DNA of 64,000 bases from a virus. Position 1 is the stretch's first letter. Each line of letters begins with the position of its first letter. This document shows, piece by piece, positions 39,497 through 49,737 of this stretch. Made by a program: the position numbers and the translations under genes. Where the stretch lies: positions 1-64,000 of the IMG/VR virus record IMGVR_UViG_3300042516_005631. One strand, written 5' to 3'. The notes below the pieces were generated by a model that saw nothing but the letters and a program-made list of their open reading frames with translations, had not been told where the DNA came from and made no database searches.

Positions 39497-39523
39497 TTAT
39501 AATGTTTTATTATAAATATGCAA

Positions 39524-41368
39524 TTATAAAGGAACTACTTTACCTTTTATATCAGAATTTGGATATCTTACCTCAAAAATACTAGGATCTAATGATGGAT
39601 AAATAACTAAATTTTGAGTAGCTGCTGTTATATCATAAGCATATTGGGAATATCCTGAAGAGGTTCCTGCTTTATTTGATATAGAAATATTTTTTACTGT
39701 TTGGACTCCTGAAATTTTATCAAGTAAGATATATAGATCTCTTAATATAATAGGTTGGTTGAGTTGCCATTTAGAAATAATAAAATAATCTTGTAAAGCT
39801 TTAATGCAACTTAATAGTACTTCATTATTATTATATTCTGGGAGAACTATGATTTCAAAATCAACTCCTATATTAATTATAAATGCATCTCTAATTTCAA
39901 TATTATCACCAATCATTCTATATTGGGATAAATAGGTTCTTAAATTATTTTTTAAAGCACTTCCAGCATAATCTAATTGGCCACTTGAATTTTGAGATAA
40001 AACATATAGATTTAAAGTTTCAATAGTTGATACTTGATTATCTGTTAATTTAGGTTGTTCAATATATGCTTTAGATATAGCTCCATAATTTGAAGGCATA
40101 CTTAAAGCTCTAATTAAATAGTCATCTGCTGTAACTGAACGTTTTTGGGATGCTATAGAAACTAAAGTATTTTGACGGATTTCTTCAATTGTATCTCCTG
40201 CTTTACCACCTGAAGCTGCTAATGGGTTATTTGCTGCTAATGAATTAAATATATAATTTGATATAACAGCATTTAAATTTATTTGATTAAATTTAGCACT
40301 GGTTGGGGATACAGTTGTTAATGTATTTGCTGGGATATTAGATTCAACTCCTCCACCACTTAAATATCTTACTGTTAATGTAGTGTTTGATGGAGCAATA
40401 CCGTATGTTCCTGTGTATAAAAAGTTAACAGGTGAATATGCTGTGGTTAGTTTATCTTTAATAAAAGGTAAGCCTATACCTACATTATTTGCATTTGGAG
40501 ATATTTCCTCATCTATATTATTTGGGGATCCTACACCAAATTGTAATTGAATCGTATCTGGTGATATAATTCTAGTAGCAAAACGTCTTTGGATTTTTTT
40601 TAATCGAAGTAAATAAGCAGCATCTGTTCCAGCATTTGGGTCATTTATGTTAGTATTTTTAATACTATCTAAAACCATTTCTTGACCTAAATGATCTACT
40701 TCATACCACTTATTTCCATCTGAATCTGTAACATCTAGAATTTGAAGAAAATTATTTGATGTTAAATTTATTGTTGCAAATTGTTCGGGGGTAGTAAAAT
40801 TAAATGTTTGGGTTGAAATGTTTGAGGAAATAGCATTTCTACTTTTCTTTAAAAGAAAATATTGAGGTACATTTCCTGCTATTTGGTATACAGAAACTTC
40901 AGTTGGGTCTTGTGAACTTGAAATAGAAAAATCAACTTTATCTTGTATTAAGAATGTTGTTCCGTTTTGGGATGATATTGTTGAATTTTCTGAAATAGTT
41001 AGAGCATAATCATAATCAGGGACAATTTCACCTCCTACATTTTTAGCAGGTAACTGTTGGTAAAGATCTACAGTTACTTGAGCTGCTGTTGAAACTTTTG
41101 GTTTATATCCAAACATATATGCTAATTCATATACATTATTATTTTGTTGAGCATATTGGATAAATGTTTCTTGCAATTGGTTATCTAAATAGAAACTTAA
41201 AACATCCCCAACATATGCTGCTTGTTCCATAAACATCATACCAGGTGATGCAGGGGAAAAATCATTATATGTGTTTGGGAAATATGTTTGAGCATATTCG
41301 ATTAATCGTTGTCTAAAATCTGAAAAATCGCGATTAATGTATTTTATATCTCTATTTGTATTAGCCAT
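39524..41368 (-). CDS. gp6: Baseplate wedge subunit, T4 gp6/baseplate J-like
   Basis: YINRDFSDFRQRL..YFPNTYNDFS, LSFYLD, QKRSVTADDY. Confidence 0.9.
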   Translation of the reverse strand: MANTNRDIKYINRDFSDFRQRLIEYAQTYFPNTYNDFSPASPGMMFMEQAAYVGDVLSFYLDNQLQETFIQYAQQNNNVYELAYMFGYKPKVSTAAQVTVDLYQQLPAKNVGGEIVPDYDYALTISENSTISSQNGTTFLIQDKVDFSISSSQDPTEVSVYQIAGNVPQYFLLKKSRNAISSNISTQTFNFTTPEQFATINLTSNNFLQILDVTDSDGNKWYEVDHLGQEMVLDSIKNTNINDPNAGTDAAYLLRLKKIQRRFATRIISPDTIQLQFGVGSPNNIDEEISPNANNVGIGLPFIKDKLTTAYSPVNFLYTGTYGIAPSNTTLTVRYLSGGGVESNIPANTLTTVSPTSAKFNQINLNAVISNYIFNSLAANNPLAASGGKAGDTIEEIRQNTLVSIASQKRSVTADDYLIRALSMPSNYGAISKAYIEQPKLTDNQVSTIETLNLYVLSQNSSGQLDYAGSALKNNLRTYLSQYRMIGDNIEIRDAFIINIGVDFEIIVLPEYNNNEVLLSCIKALQDYFIISKWQLNQPIILRDLYILLDKISGVQTVKNISISNKAGTSSGYSQYAYDITAATQNLVIYPSLDPSIFEVRYPNSDIKGKVVPL

Positions 41369-41370
41369 TT

Positions 41371-41775
41371 TTAAAGTTGTATTTCTAAAGTATCAGTTAT
41401 ATTAGTATTAATTACTGAATATTTAAGGGTTACAGTAATTTGGTTTAAATCTTCTTGTCCAGCTACAATTAAATCTGCTACATTTATATTTGGGAAATAT
41501 AATGAAAGTTTAGCATTTATATCTTCTCTAAGAAAATTTAAATTATCTGCTGTAATTTGTTCAAATATAAAAGCACGTAATCCACCTCCAAAAGTCGGAT
41601 TTAATGGACGTTCTCCAGGATTAGTTAAAAAGAAATTAATTAAGTTGTTTTTAATGGCATCCTTAGTTTGATAATTTGAAATAAAAACAGCAGGTCCATT
41701 TAATGGAAGATTTACCCCAACAGCAGCATTTGCATTTAAATCAATTGGATATATCTGTTGAGGGCTAAATGCCAT
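41371..41775 (-). CDS. gp25: Baseplate gp25/GPW-like protein
   Basis: IKNNLINFFLTNPGERPLNPTFGGGL..IFEQ. Confidence 0.92.
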   Translation of the reverse strand: MAFSPQQIYPIDLNANAAVGVNLPLNGPAVFISNYQTKDAIKNNLINFFLTNPGERPLNPTFGGGLRAFIFEQITADNLNFLREDINAKLSLYFPNINVADLIVAGQEDLNQITVTLKYSVINTNITDTLEIQL

Positions 41776-42110
41776 TATTTAGTATTTAAAAGTCCCATAA
41801 TTTGGTCCATTCCTAATTCACCAGTACCTAAATTACCATTTACAGGATCACTTGATTGAGGTCTAAATGTTGATTGAACGTCATTTGAGGTAAAACTTAA
41901 AGCTGTTTCTCCCAATACATCTTTATATTTTTGTCTCAAATCCATAGTTGGTTGAGTAAATGTAGGTTTTGGAGTTTCTACGGGTTGGATAGATTCTCTA
42001 ATAACTGTTTTAGGTGAGCGAACTGCTTCTAAAAGAATATCTTTTAATTCTTCTTGGATTGCCTCTCGTACTGCTTCTTTAATTAATTTTTTTAATCCGT
42101 CGGTTTTCAT
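41775..42110 (-). CDS. Hypothetical protein
   Basis: Leader LKKLIKEAVREAIQEE; late motif at 42116-42124. Confidence 0.7.
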   Translation of the reverse strand: MKTDGLKKLIKEAVREAIQEELKDILLEAVRSPKTVIRESIQPVETPKPTFTQPTMDLRQKYKDVLGETALSFTSNDVQSTFRPQSSDPVNGNLGTGELGMDQIMGLLNTK

Positions 42111-42128
42111 ATGATTATAAATATAGGG

Positions 42129-43892
42129 TTAATCTGCTTTTAAATCATTTTGTTGTATATAAAATATAAGTTCATCAATTAATATCTGATCAATTGATGA
42201 AAAAGACCATTCTCCTTTCAACATTACTACACCACTTTTATTTCTAGCTATAGCTCTTCTACGTTTTAAAGAATTAGTTGTAGTTTCAGTTTCAACTCCC
42301 ATTTCAAATCCATTTACATTTATTACTATAGGGGAATTATTTGATTGTTGTTGAGTTAAAGCTATTAATTCAGCTGAAAGTTGTTCTTGGGTTAATTCAT
42401 TATTAGGTGAACATTGTTGAATTAAGGTATCGAGTAAACTTAAATATTGTAATAATTGGGTTAAAACTTGTCTAACTATAACTAATATAGTTAATAAACC
42501 AACATTAGTTGATTTTAATCTATCAATAGTTTTACTCAATATTTTATTAATTCCTGGGGGAAATGGATTAAGGAATGATGGAGTATTATCTGCTGTAAAA
42601 AGGGTAGCATCTAATAATATTAAAGCTCCTTCTGTTATACCTAAAATTTTAGTAGCATTATCTATAATTTTTAATGAATTATTTATTTGTTTTACTAATT
42701 TATTTTTACGGGAAATTAATTTACTTAATTCCTCTGGGGTAGGGCAAGAAATTTTATCTTTTAAATCTGATGTTTTGGTTTTACCTTGATCTATTAATTG
42801 GGCGGCTTTTGTAATTCCAAATTGGGATATTAAAGTTATAGCTAATGGTAAAGCAGTTTGTTTGAGATTTATAACCAAATCTGTAAGTTTCTTTTGAGCA
42901 AAATATTCAGGGGTTTTCTTTGAATCAGATAATTTATTTATTTGATCTGGTTTTAACTGGGAGGCCTCTATTTTATCTGTTTCAGTAGCAGTTTGAATAG
43001 GGGTCATTTGAATAACACCTAAATCTTCTTTTACAGTACCATCTCCTTTATATGGATTTTTTTCTATAATTTCATAACCAGGAGCAGAAATAGTTACTGT
43101 AGGAGGTAATGGAGATTCAGGTAATTCAAGACTAACTTCTCCTTTACTATTTGAAGTTGTTGGTTGGGAAATTATTGATGTAGTGGAAGATGTTGGTTGA
43201 GTAATTTTAAATGGGGGGTATTTATTTAATGTTATTTCATCAGTATACCCATTATCATTAATTTCTCTTAAAATACTAGCTTCATATTCTTCATATGTTT
43301 TATAAACTATATTATCAGCAACCTCTGAAAATTCAGGGTAATCACTACCATAATATATAGTTTGGATAAATTGACCATTATGATAAATCTTAGCTCCCCA
43401 TTTAAAAAAATCTGGGTTATTTGGGTTATTAATAGGGATTTTGGTTATATTATATGAATATGGGCCTACTTCAGTAGAATTAGGGATGGTGGTAGATTTA
43501 TTAGTTGGTGGTGGTGGAGGTGGTTCGTTAATTGTTATTTTAGCTCCTTTAACTGGTTGATTTGAATTATTATCTATAATTTTACCTTCAGTTTTAGTTG
43601 TTGAGGTAGTTTTGGATGTTAAAGGAAGAATCTCAACAGGGGTATTAGGTGGGGGTGGAAATAAAGGTCTAGTAGTAACTAAATCTTGTAACATTCCATT
43701 AAGTATTTGAAACTCTACATCTTTTTCAACTTCAATTAATGTATAATTATTTTCATATATTGGAATATTAGTACTAACTTCTTTGCCTTGATAGTATATT
43801 TTAATATCATAAAATATACCTTTTAAATTTTTTATTTCATATATTTCATATATATAATCCCCAATCTTTTTCTTTAGTACTTTTGTTCCCAT
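42129..43892 (-). CDS. Baseplate-module protein with carboxypeptidase-regulatory-like Ig domain and helical C-terminus
   Basis: GKIIDNNSNQPVKGAKI...TTSNSKGEVSL..ISAPGY; long amphipathic helices. Confidence 0.65.
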   Translation of the reverse strand: MGTKVLKKKIGDYIYEIYEIKNLKGIFYDIKIYYQGKEVSTNIPIYENNYTLIEVEKDVEFQILNGMLQDLVTTRPLFPPPPNTPVEILPLTSKTTSTTKTEGKIIDNNSNQPVKGAKITINEPPPPPPTNKSTTIPNSTEVGPYSYNITKIPINNPNNPDFFKWGAKIYHNGQFIQTIYYGSDYPEFSEVADNIVYKTYEEYEASILREINDNGYTDEITLNKYPPFKITQPTSSTTSIISQPTTSNSKGEVSLELPESPLPPTVTISAPGYEIIEKNPYKGDGTVKEDLGVIQMTPIQTATETDKIEASQLKPDQINKLSDSKKTPEYFAQKKLTDLVINLKQTALPLAITLISQFGITKAAQLIDQGKTKTSDLKDKISCPTPEELSKLISRKNKLVKQINNSLKIIDNATKILGITEGALILLDATLFTADNTPSFLNPFPPGINKILSKTIDRLKSTNVGLLTILVIVRQVLTQLLQYLSLLDTLIQQCSPNNELTQEQLSAELIALTQQQSNNSPIVINVNGFEMGVETETTTNSLKRRRAIARNKSGVVMLKGEWSFSSIDQILIDELIFYIQQNDLKAD

Positions 43893-43893
43893 A

Positions 43894-45129
43894 TTAACTA
43901 GTCTTTACAAAATTAGATTTAATAGTATCTATTTGTTGTAAGATTCTATTTAAATTATTTGAAGCAACAGTAGCTGTTGTATTCATTATAGCATCTGGGG
44001 TAGGTACTCCTCCTGGGTAAATTTGGGAGGATTGGAGTGCTGTTGAAATATTAAGTAATTCATTTATTACTATTTTTAATAATTGTACTGTATCATCTCC
44101 TTTTAGAACTGGTTGGGTAGCATTTTTATTACCTAATCTAATATCTCTTCCGTCTATATAGACTTGTTTAGCTTCTAAATTTATACTATCATTTGAGGAT
44201 AAACCAATTGATTTTTGTCCACTGATTAAAACACTATCAGATTTTGCATTTAAAATTACTCTATCTGAGTGTAAAATAATTTGAGGTAAATTAAATGTAG
44301 CTGGGGTAATTGGTGGTGTAGTATAGGAAATAAAATTTTCGTTAGCTAAACTTAAAGTAGATAATTTTTGGGTTGAAGTTAAATAAATTGAAGATAAATC
44401 TTTTTTTATATTTTCTATAATAGGCTCAGCCCCAAAATCACTTGAATTTGGGTCTTGTCCATTTCTTAATATTGTAATTGGATCACCATTATTTCCCGCT
44501 GAAGACCAAGTATTGGAATATTGTCCTGTAATTTTTGAAGTATTACCTAAACGTAAACTATTTCCCCATCTTCCTTCATATATTACGTCTCCTGAAAATG
44601 GGAGTAAAGGGTGAATATTACTTTTTTCATTGAAAGTATCTTGTGGTGAAGTTGAAGTGCTTACGGTAGGAAGATTATTATCTACCACGTTAACAGCTCC
44701 TACCCCTACTTGAGAATAATCAACTTTTTGAGAAGATGGTTTAGTATTATTATATGGTGATGGTTGTATATTAGCGTTTGGAGCTGCCGCTCCATATAAA
44801 GAAACAGGTCCTTCCCAAACGTATTGACCACCAAAAGAATTAGGTGCTAATGTTTTCCAAACCCAAACATATTCATTTATTATAGGATATTTTCTTATAG
44901 ATGTATTGGATGGATAAACGTTAGTAAGGATTTTTCCAGTATCAACTCCTGTTGGGCTAATTTTATTACCTGAAAGGACTCCTATCTGATCGAATCCTTG
45001 AGAAGGATCTAAATTTATTGAGGTAACTCTAATTAAAAATCTTGTTACTTCAGGTGTTGGATTTGGATTGGGTGATTTATTACCCAAAGCCCTATTGGTC
45101 ATTGCAGGAAATCCAAACTTATGTGACAT
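43894..45129 (-). CDS. Baseplate hub/spike protein (gp5-like)
   Basis: GDVIYEGRWGNSLRLG, QIILHSDRVILNAKSD beta-helix-like tail, QPVLKGD. Confidence 0.7.
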   Translation of the reverse strand: MSHKFGFPAMTNRALGNKSPNPNPTPEVTRFLIRVTSINLDPSQGFDQIGVLSGNKISPTGVDTGKILTNVYPSNTSIRKYPIINEYVWVWKTLAPNSFGGQYVWEGPVSLYGAAAPNANIQPSPYNNTKPSSQKVDYSQVGVGAVNVVDNNLPTVSTSTSPQDTFNEKSNIHPLLPFSGDVIYEGRWGNSLRLGNTSKITGQYSNTWSSAGNNGDPITILRNGQDPNSSDFGAEPIIENIKKDLSSIYLTSTQKLSTLSLANENFISYTTPPITPATFNLPQIILHSDRVILNAKSDSVLISGQKSIGLSSNDSINLEAKQVYIDGRDIRLGNKNATQPVLKGDDTVQLLKIVINELLNISTALQSSQIYPGGVPTPDAIMNTTATVASNNLNRILQQIDTIKSNFVKTS

Positions 45130-45467
45130 TAATTTTTTGGGTTAAATTTTTTAACTTCGTTTAATAACTGTTGTTTTTCCTCTTCAGTCATACCAAACCC
45201 TTCTTCACTTGATTTACCACTAGCAATAGCACGTTGTGCTATAGTAGCCATTTTAATCAATTGTTCATCGTTTTTAATACCTAATTCCATATATTCTTTA
45301 ATTAATGGAACTATTAGGGTAGCATCACCAATATCGTTTATGAGAGGTTTTAATTCACCTATTAAAGCATTGATTTGGGCTTCTTTTTTCTTTGAGTTAT
45401 CGTAAATTTCCTTTAATAAATCCGAAAATTTTTTCTTGCCCCAAATATTTTCTTCTAAGTTACTCAT
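45129..45467 (-). CDS. Hypothetical helical protein
   Basis: 112-aa ORF with late motif at 45479-45487. Confidence 0.75.
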   Translation of the reverse strand: MSNLEENIWGKKKFSDLLKEIYDNSKKKEAQINALIGELKPLINDIGDATLIVPLIKEYMELGIKNDEQLIKMATIAQRAIASGKSSEEGFGMTEEEKQQLLNEVKKFNPKN

Positions 45468-45493
45468 ATTATTTTGGGTATAAATATGAAAAA

Positions 45494-46195
45494 TTAAAAT
45501 TCTATATATCCTTCATCTAGATAAAATAGATAATTCTTTTTAAATATATCGTATAAAATATTCGCTATTTTTGTAATTTTGGGAGTCTTTACATCTGGGA
45601 TCATTTCATGTATGTAAATGTAAAGTGCTTTTTTATTGAATATGTCTATTTGGTCTCGTTTTCTAAATAACTCTAAAATAGCATCTGCAATTTTTGCATC
45701 ATATTCTTTTGGGAAAAAATCATATATGTTTTCTGTTACATAATCAACATATTGATCTATAAAATAAGATAATTTATCTTTTTGAGGAGAAACAGAATCT
45801 AAAGTATATGAATATGAATCATCTTGTTCAAGTTCAGCGATGGCTACTTTTTTAATTTTACTTTTATAATTTTTATCGTTATATAAAATACACCAACGTT
45901 TAACTATAGTTCCAAAATATGAATATGCTTTAGCTCCATTATTTGGATTAAATAAATGGATTTTGGAAAGTAAAAATACTATGATTTCATGTTGTAAATG
46001 CTCTAAATCCTCTACTTCAGTATGGTAAAATTTAAAAGTATGAATTATATTTTGAGTTAATTTAAAAAATGCATAATGTATTTTTTCCTCGTATATTTTA
46101 CTTTTTAAAGCCGGGTTTTCAGTGTTATTATATAATACAATAGCATCTTCGGTTTCTTGGGTAAAGTAGTTTTTATTTTTAGCTTTCCTAGCCAT
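45494..46195 (-). CDS. Phage late sigma factor, T4 gp55-like
   Basis: KNYFTQETE..IVLYN, FNPNNGAKAYSYFGTIVKR resembles the gp55 region-2 motif; start set at MARK. Confidence 0.7.
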   Translation of the reverse strand: MARKAKNKNYFTQETEDAIVLYNNTENPALKSKIYEEKIHYAFFKLTQNIIHTFKFYHTEVEDLEHLQHEIIVFLLSKIHLFNPNNGAKAYSYFGTIVKRWCILYNDKNYKSKIKKVAIAELEQDDSYSYTLDSVSPQKDKLSYFIDQYVDYVTENIYDFFPKEYDAKIADAILELFRKRDQIDIFNKKALYIYIHEMIPDVKTPKITKIANILYDIFKKNYLFYLDEGYIEF

Positions 46196-46196
46196 T

Positions 46197-46484
46197 TTAG
46201 TTGAACTTTCTAAGATTGAATTCATTTAGTATTTCTTGCAGGTTTACAATTGATTGGAATATTACACCAACATCATCATCTTTTTCAAACATACCTCCAC
46301 GGTCTATTTCTTTAAGTTTTTTGTCTGAAATTTCAATTACACGAGATAATCTGTCTAAATATTCCAGATAACCAGCTAAAATATCTTCTGATTTTTCTTG
46401 TTTTTTCATCAAGTTGAAAGTCGTGAATCCTAGAATCACGACTAACACTGATAAGACGCAAATGGCAACTATTAACCCTATCAT
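46197..46484 (-). CDS. Membrane protein
   Basis: N-terminal TM, FEKDDDVG motif. Confidence 0.75.
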   Translation of the reverse strand: MIGLIVAICVLSVLVVILGFTTFNLMKKQEKSEDILAGYLEYLDRLSRVIEISDKKLKEIDRGGMFEKDDDVGVIFQSIVNLQEILNEFNLRKFN

Positions 46485-47275
46485 ATATTATCTAATAAAT
46501 TTTTTAAACCATTACTTTTAAATGAACCTAATGCCTTTTCCTTTGTTGAGGTCTTTTTAGACATGTTTGGTTTATTCCCCAATGTATAATTATCCTTTTT
46601 AATATCCACGGACTTTTTACCTTCTTTTAATTTAGGTAACCATTCACGTTCAAATTCAATACGTGCTGCCATTAAGTCCGCCTGATGTAAAATAAAAGGA
46701 AGTGATGTTCTTGGTTTTTGTTCTGGCATGAAATTTAAGAGATATTTTTTATTTGCCTCATCGTATAAACCATCATGAGTTTGAATAGCAACCATTTCAT
46801 TAAATGTATACTGGATACCATGGGATTGAAGTAAAAATAACCCTCTATCAGGTACTGAAGCGAATGGAACTTTAGTATTAAACATATAATCTTCTCCAAG
46901 TTTATCTTTACGCCATTGATCAGTTTGAGGGATATATGAATCTTCTTCTTCACTACCCATTTTACCTAAATCATGATTTAATGCTGAGAATATTAATTCT
47001 TCAACTGTGAAAGTAGACATATCAGCTTCTTCACTTGCCCATAAATCATATTGTTTTAAAGCACATCGAATAACGCGTAAAACATGTTCTACATATCCTC
47101 CAGGAAAAGCATTATGGTATTCTTTTTTATGCGCAGCAGGCATTAACATTAAACGTTCAGAATATTGATTATAAAATTCTAAAACTTTTTCTTTACGTGG
47201 GGAAGAAATATAACCATCAATATAAGACATTAATTCTTCCCAATTATCTTGGATTTGTTCGGCTGTTAGATTCAT
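46481..47275 (-). CDS. HD-domain phosphohydrolase (YhaM-like)
   Basis: HNAFPGGYVEHVLRV, LNHDLGK, HDGLY, LHQADL. Confidence 0.88.
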   Translation of the reverse strand: MNLTAEQIQDNWEELMSYIDGYISSPRKEKVLEFYNQYSERLMLMPAAHKKEYHNAFPGGYVEHVLRVIRCALKQYDLWASEEADMSTFTVEELIFSALNHDLGKMGSEEEDSYIPQTDQWRKDKLGEDYMFNTKVPFASVPDRGLFLLQSHGIQYTFNEMVAIQTHDGLYDEANKKYLLNFMPEQKPRTSLPFILHQADLMAARIEFEREWLPKLKEGKKSVDIKKDNYTLGNKPNMSKKTSTKEKALGSFKSNGLKNLLDNI

Positions 47276-47291
47276 AACTTTTATTTATTAA

Positions 47292-47459
47292 TTAATTTTC
47301 ACGTTCTACAATTGATTGAGTATCGTCTCTCAATTCAAGTACTTCTTGTAATATTTGACGAGCTGCTTCAACATTTCTTTCATTTAAAGCGTTTCTCATA
47401 CGTTTTAATTTACTTTCTAGAGACTCCAAGCGTCTCAATACTAATTCTTTATTTTTCAT
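47292..47459 (-). CDS. 55-aa coiled-coil protein
   Basis: Not in ORF track; MKNKELVLRRLESLESKLKRMRNALNERNVEAARQILQEVLELRDDTQSIVEREN. Confidence 0.7.
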   Translation of the reverse strand: MKNKELVLRRLESLESKLKRMRNALNERNVEAARQILQEVLELRDDTQSIVEREN

Positions 47460-47554
47460 TTTTATTTATTTACTTATTTATTTATTTATTTTATAACCTT
47501 TATTTATTTCAATAATGTAATATTAAAATATAAATTAAAGATAATAACCTTCTT

Positions 47555-48007
47555 TTAGGGAGTCACGTTTTCTTTTTTAATTAGAGACCTTTTTACAAAA
47601 TCTTGTATTTTTTTAAGGAAAGCACATTTTTCATATTCCTCCAAACCTTCAAAATATCGTAATACCACTTCAAGATATTCTATAAAATCTTCTGAAGCAT
47701 TATCCTGTAGAGCTAATTTCCAATCTTTTTTCCTTAAATTACATTCAGAAATCCAAAACCAAGCTCGATTATACATCATAAAATCCCCAGCTTCACCTAA
47801 ATCGGCAGTATCCATTTTAGGTTGCATATTTGAGAAAAATTTTAGAAGTTGATTTTTAAACCCAATACCTTGAGATACCATTTTAATAAACATCTTAACT
47901 TTAAAATGGGGAGTTTCTTTAAAGGCCTCTAAATCTTTTTTGAGTTTCTTATCTTCCTTATCTCCTTCATTGAACCCAAATAATGCAAATATTCCTCCTA
48001 TATTCAT
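47555..48007 (-). CDS. Hypothetical protein with UVR-like C-terminal motif
   Basis: YFEGLEEYEKCAFLKKI. Confidence 0.7.
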   Translation of the reverse strand: MNIGGIFALFGFNEGDKEDKKLKKDLEAFKETPHFKVKMFIKMVSQGIGFKNQLLKFFSNMQPKMDTADLGEAGDFMMYNRAWFWISECNLRKKDWKLALQDNASEDFIEYLEVVLRYFEGLEEYEKCAFLKKIQDFVKRSLIKKENVTP

Positions 48008-48048
48008 ACTCTTATATGTATATATAATTTCCTAATTGAATCCACGTA

Positions 48049-48309
48049 TTAATTCGTTGATTTTAAATGGTTAATTTTTGATTCTAAATTCTCAAGTTTA
48101 AGCTCTAATTGTGAAATTGATTTTTTCAAATCATCATAAGCTTTAATTGGATTGATAAAATCGGGATTTGCAGGGTGATATTGCCAAAACTCATCCAACA
48201 TCCCATAATCCTCCACCAATTGATTTTGAATGGATGCAACCTTCATTTCTAGTTCTTGCAGTTCCATATCTATAATTTGTTGATACATATTTAAATTTTT
48301 ACTAGACAT
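48049..48309 (-). CDS. Hypothetical coiled-coil protein
   Basis: ORF track; start uncertain. Confidence 0.65.
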   Translation of the reverse strand: MSSKNLNMYQQIIDMELQELEMKVASIQNQLVEDYGMLDEFWQYHPANPDFINPIKAYDDLKKSISQLELKLENLESKINHLKSTN

Positions 48310-48754
48310 ATTTTTCTCCTATTTGTTCTATAACTTGTTTAGCCTCTTCCAACGATACTCTAAAAAATTCTTTTTGAGTATTAACTCTTTGTTTTTTAAA
48401 ATATTTATGAACTTCACCCTCTATACGCTCACCTTTAAAACACTTATAAGCCCATTCAACCTCAAACCCTAAAGGTATTCCTGTTCCACGAGAAATTTGA
48501 TTTGCTCTTATGAATGGATCTTTTGCAGTATAACCTATTTTAACCATTTCGGGCATCGCGGGATTTGATAATATATAAACCCATTCATCACCCTCGCGGC
48601 CAACGAATAGACCTCGTTTTTTACCCGTGTAATACGTTATTTCATCCCAACCGTCTTGCTGCTCTTGAACCGTAAAATATGTTGGTGGATTATTTGAGTA
48701 ATCTTCAGAACAAGGAATATATTTTTTAGCTTCTTCATGTGTAATTCGTTGCAT
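48302..48754 (-). CDS. T5orf172/MUG113-like GIY-YIG domain protein
   Basis: WVYILSNPAMPEMVKIGYT..R..GIPLGF...EVH...EFF. Confidence 0.85.
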   Translation of the reverse strand: MQRITHEEAKKYIPCSEDYSNNPPTYFTVQEQQDGWDEITYYTGKKRGLFVGREGDEWVYILSNPAMPEMVKIGYTAKDPFIRANQISRGTGIPLGFEVEWAYKCFKGERIEGEVHKYFKKQRVNTQKEFFRVSLEEAKQVIEQIGEKYV

Positions 48755-48772
48755 AACCTTTATTTTTTACTT

Positions 48773-49015
48773 CTAAAACCTAGCTTGCGCTCCAGACCCT
48801 TTATACCAAGGTAATCCTTCTCTTGTGCGTAAACGCTCCTTCCACTGTTCCTCCGTATATTTAATCCCATTTAAATAATACTCGCGTAAACGCATGTTAC
48901 CTTGTGGAATTACCGCGGGACCCTCCCAATTATGTAACTTACCATCAAACATAAACATTTGAGTTCCATCAGCGGTTGTAATTTTTCTAGACGGTTGATA
49001 CTTTTGATTTTCCAT
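48773..49015 (-). CDS. Hypothetical protein
   Basis: DGKLHNWEGPAVI..EYYLNG motif typical of small phage proteins. Confidence 0.75.
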   Translation of the reverse strand: MENQKYQPSRKITTADGTQMFMFDGKLHNWEGPAVIPQGNMRLREYYLNGIKYTEEQWKERLRTREGLPWYKGSGAQARF

Positions 49016-49018
49016 AAT

Positions 49019-49267
49019 TTAAAATTGTTTATATTTATTAATTAAACTATTATTTTTCTTGATCATCAATGAACTAATAACACTAATAGTTCCAATTCCT
49101 AGAGCTATTAAAGCAAGACCAACAATTGTGAAAATATTGTTTTGAAATTTTTCCAACAACAACATGGAAGTTTGTGACAATGAAAACAACCCAAGTATAA
49201 CAGCTTTTACTTTAAGTGATTTGTTTTCTTCTTTTAGCTCTTCAATTCTTTTTTCTATTTCAAACAT
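49019..49267 (-). CDS. Two-TM membrane protein
   Basis: Two hydrophobic segments; host-type promoter upstream. Confidence 0.65.
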   Translation of the reverse strand: MFEIEKRIEELKEENKSLKVKAVILGLFSLSQTSMLLLEKFQNNIFTIVGLALIALGIGTISVISSLMIKKNNSLINKYKQF

Positions 49268-49290
49268 AACCTTTATTTTTATTTATACTA

Positions 49291-49322
49291 CAAATATACA
49301 AACCAAAAATCAAGTAACCAAG
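49291..49322 (-). promoter_or_regulatory. Bacteroidota-type sigma70 promoter
   Basis: CTTG-N20-TATATTTG matches the TTTG(-33)/TAnnTTTG(-7) consensus. Confidence 0.65.
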
Positions 49323-49356
49323 GATCTTTTAAAGAATCTAATCACTAAGTTAAACT

Positions 49357-49704
49357 TTAATAAGATAAAGCAAGAGTTATCCCACCAGTTCCTCTTAACC
49401 TTAAAGTAGTTCCATCAACATTAGTTGCTGGGGTAAAAATAAAGGAATTTGTTGATGTTGGTAAAACAAACCCTGCAACATAATCTGTTATGTTTGAGCC
49501 GGCTATATTTGTAAGTGAGGAAAACGAGCCTGAAGTATTTTTTGGGGTTGAACCATCAAACTGGTAGTTAAATGGTGTTTTCATAAAAAAGTAACTTGAA
49601 CCTGAATTATTTGTTATAGAAAAGGTGTAAGCTGTTCCTGCTGTTAAATTAATTGAGGAAGTACCTTCATATAAAGAGGCAAAGGGATAATTTATAGTTG
49701 GCAT
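49357..49704 (-). CDS. S/T-rich beta protein, possibly virion-associated
   Basis: Composition like structural genes; late-type motif ATATTTATC at 49718-49726. Confidence 0.65.
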   Translation of the reverse strand: MPTINYPFASLYEGTSSINLTAGTAYTFSITNNSGSSYFFMKTPFNYQFDGSTPKNTSGSFSSLTNIAGSNITDYVAGFVLPTSTNSFIFTPATNVDGTTLRLRGTGGITLALSY

Positions 49705-49737
49705 TTATCGTTTTGACGATAAATATTTGAAAAAATA

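Noticed and set aside
28488-45129. Diversity-generating retroelement or invertible fibre locus
   Set aside because: No reverse transcriptase, recombinase or template/variable repeat pair was seen.
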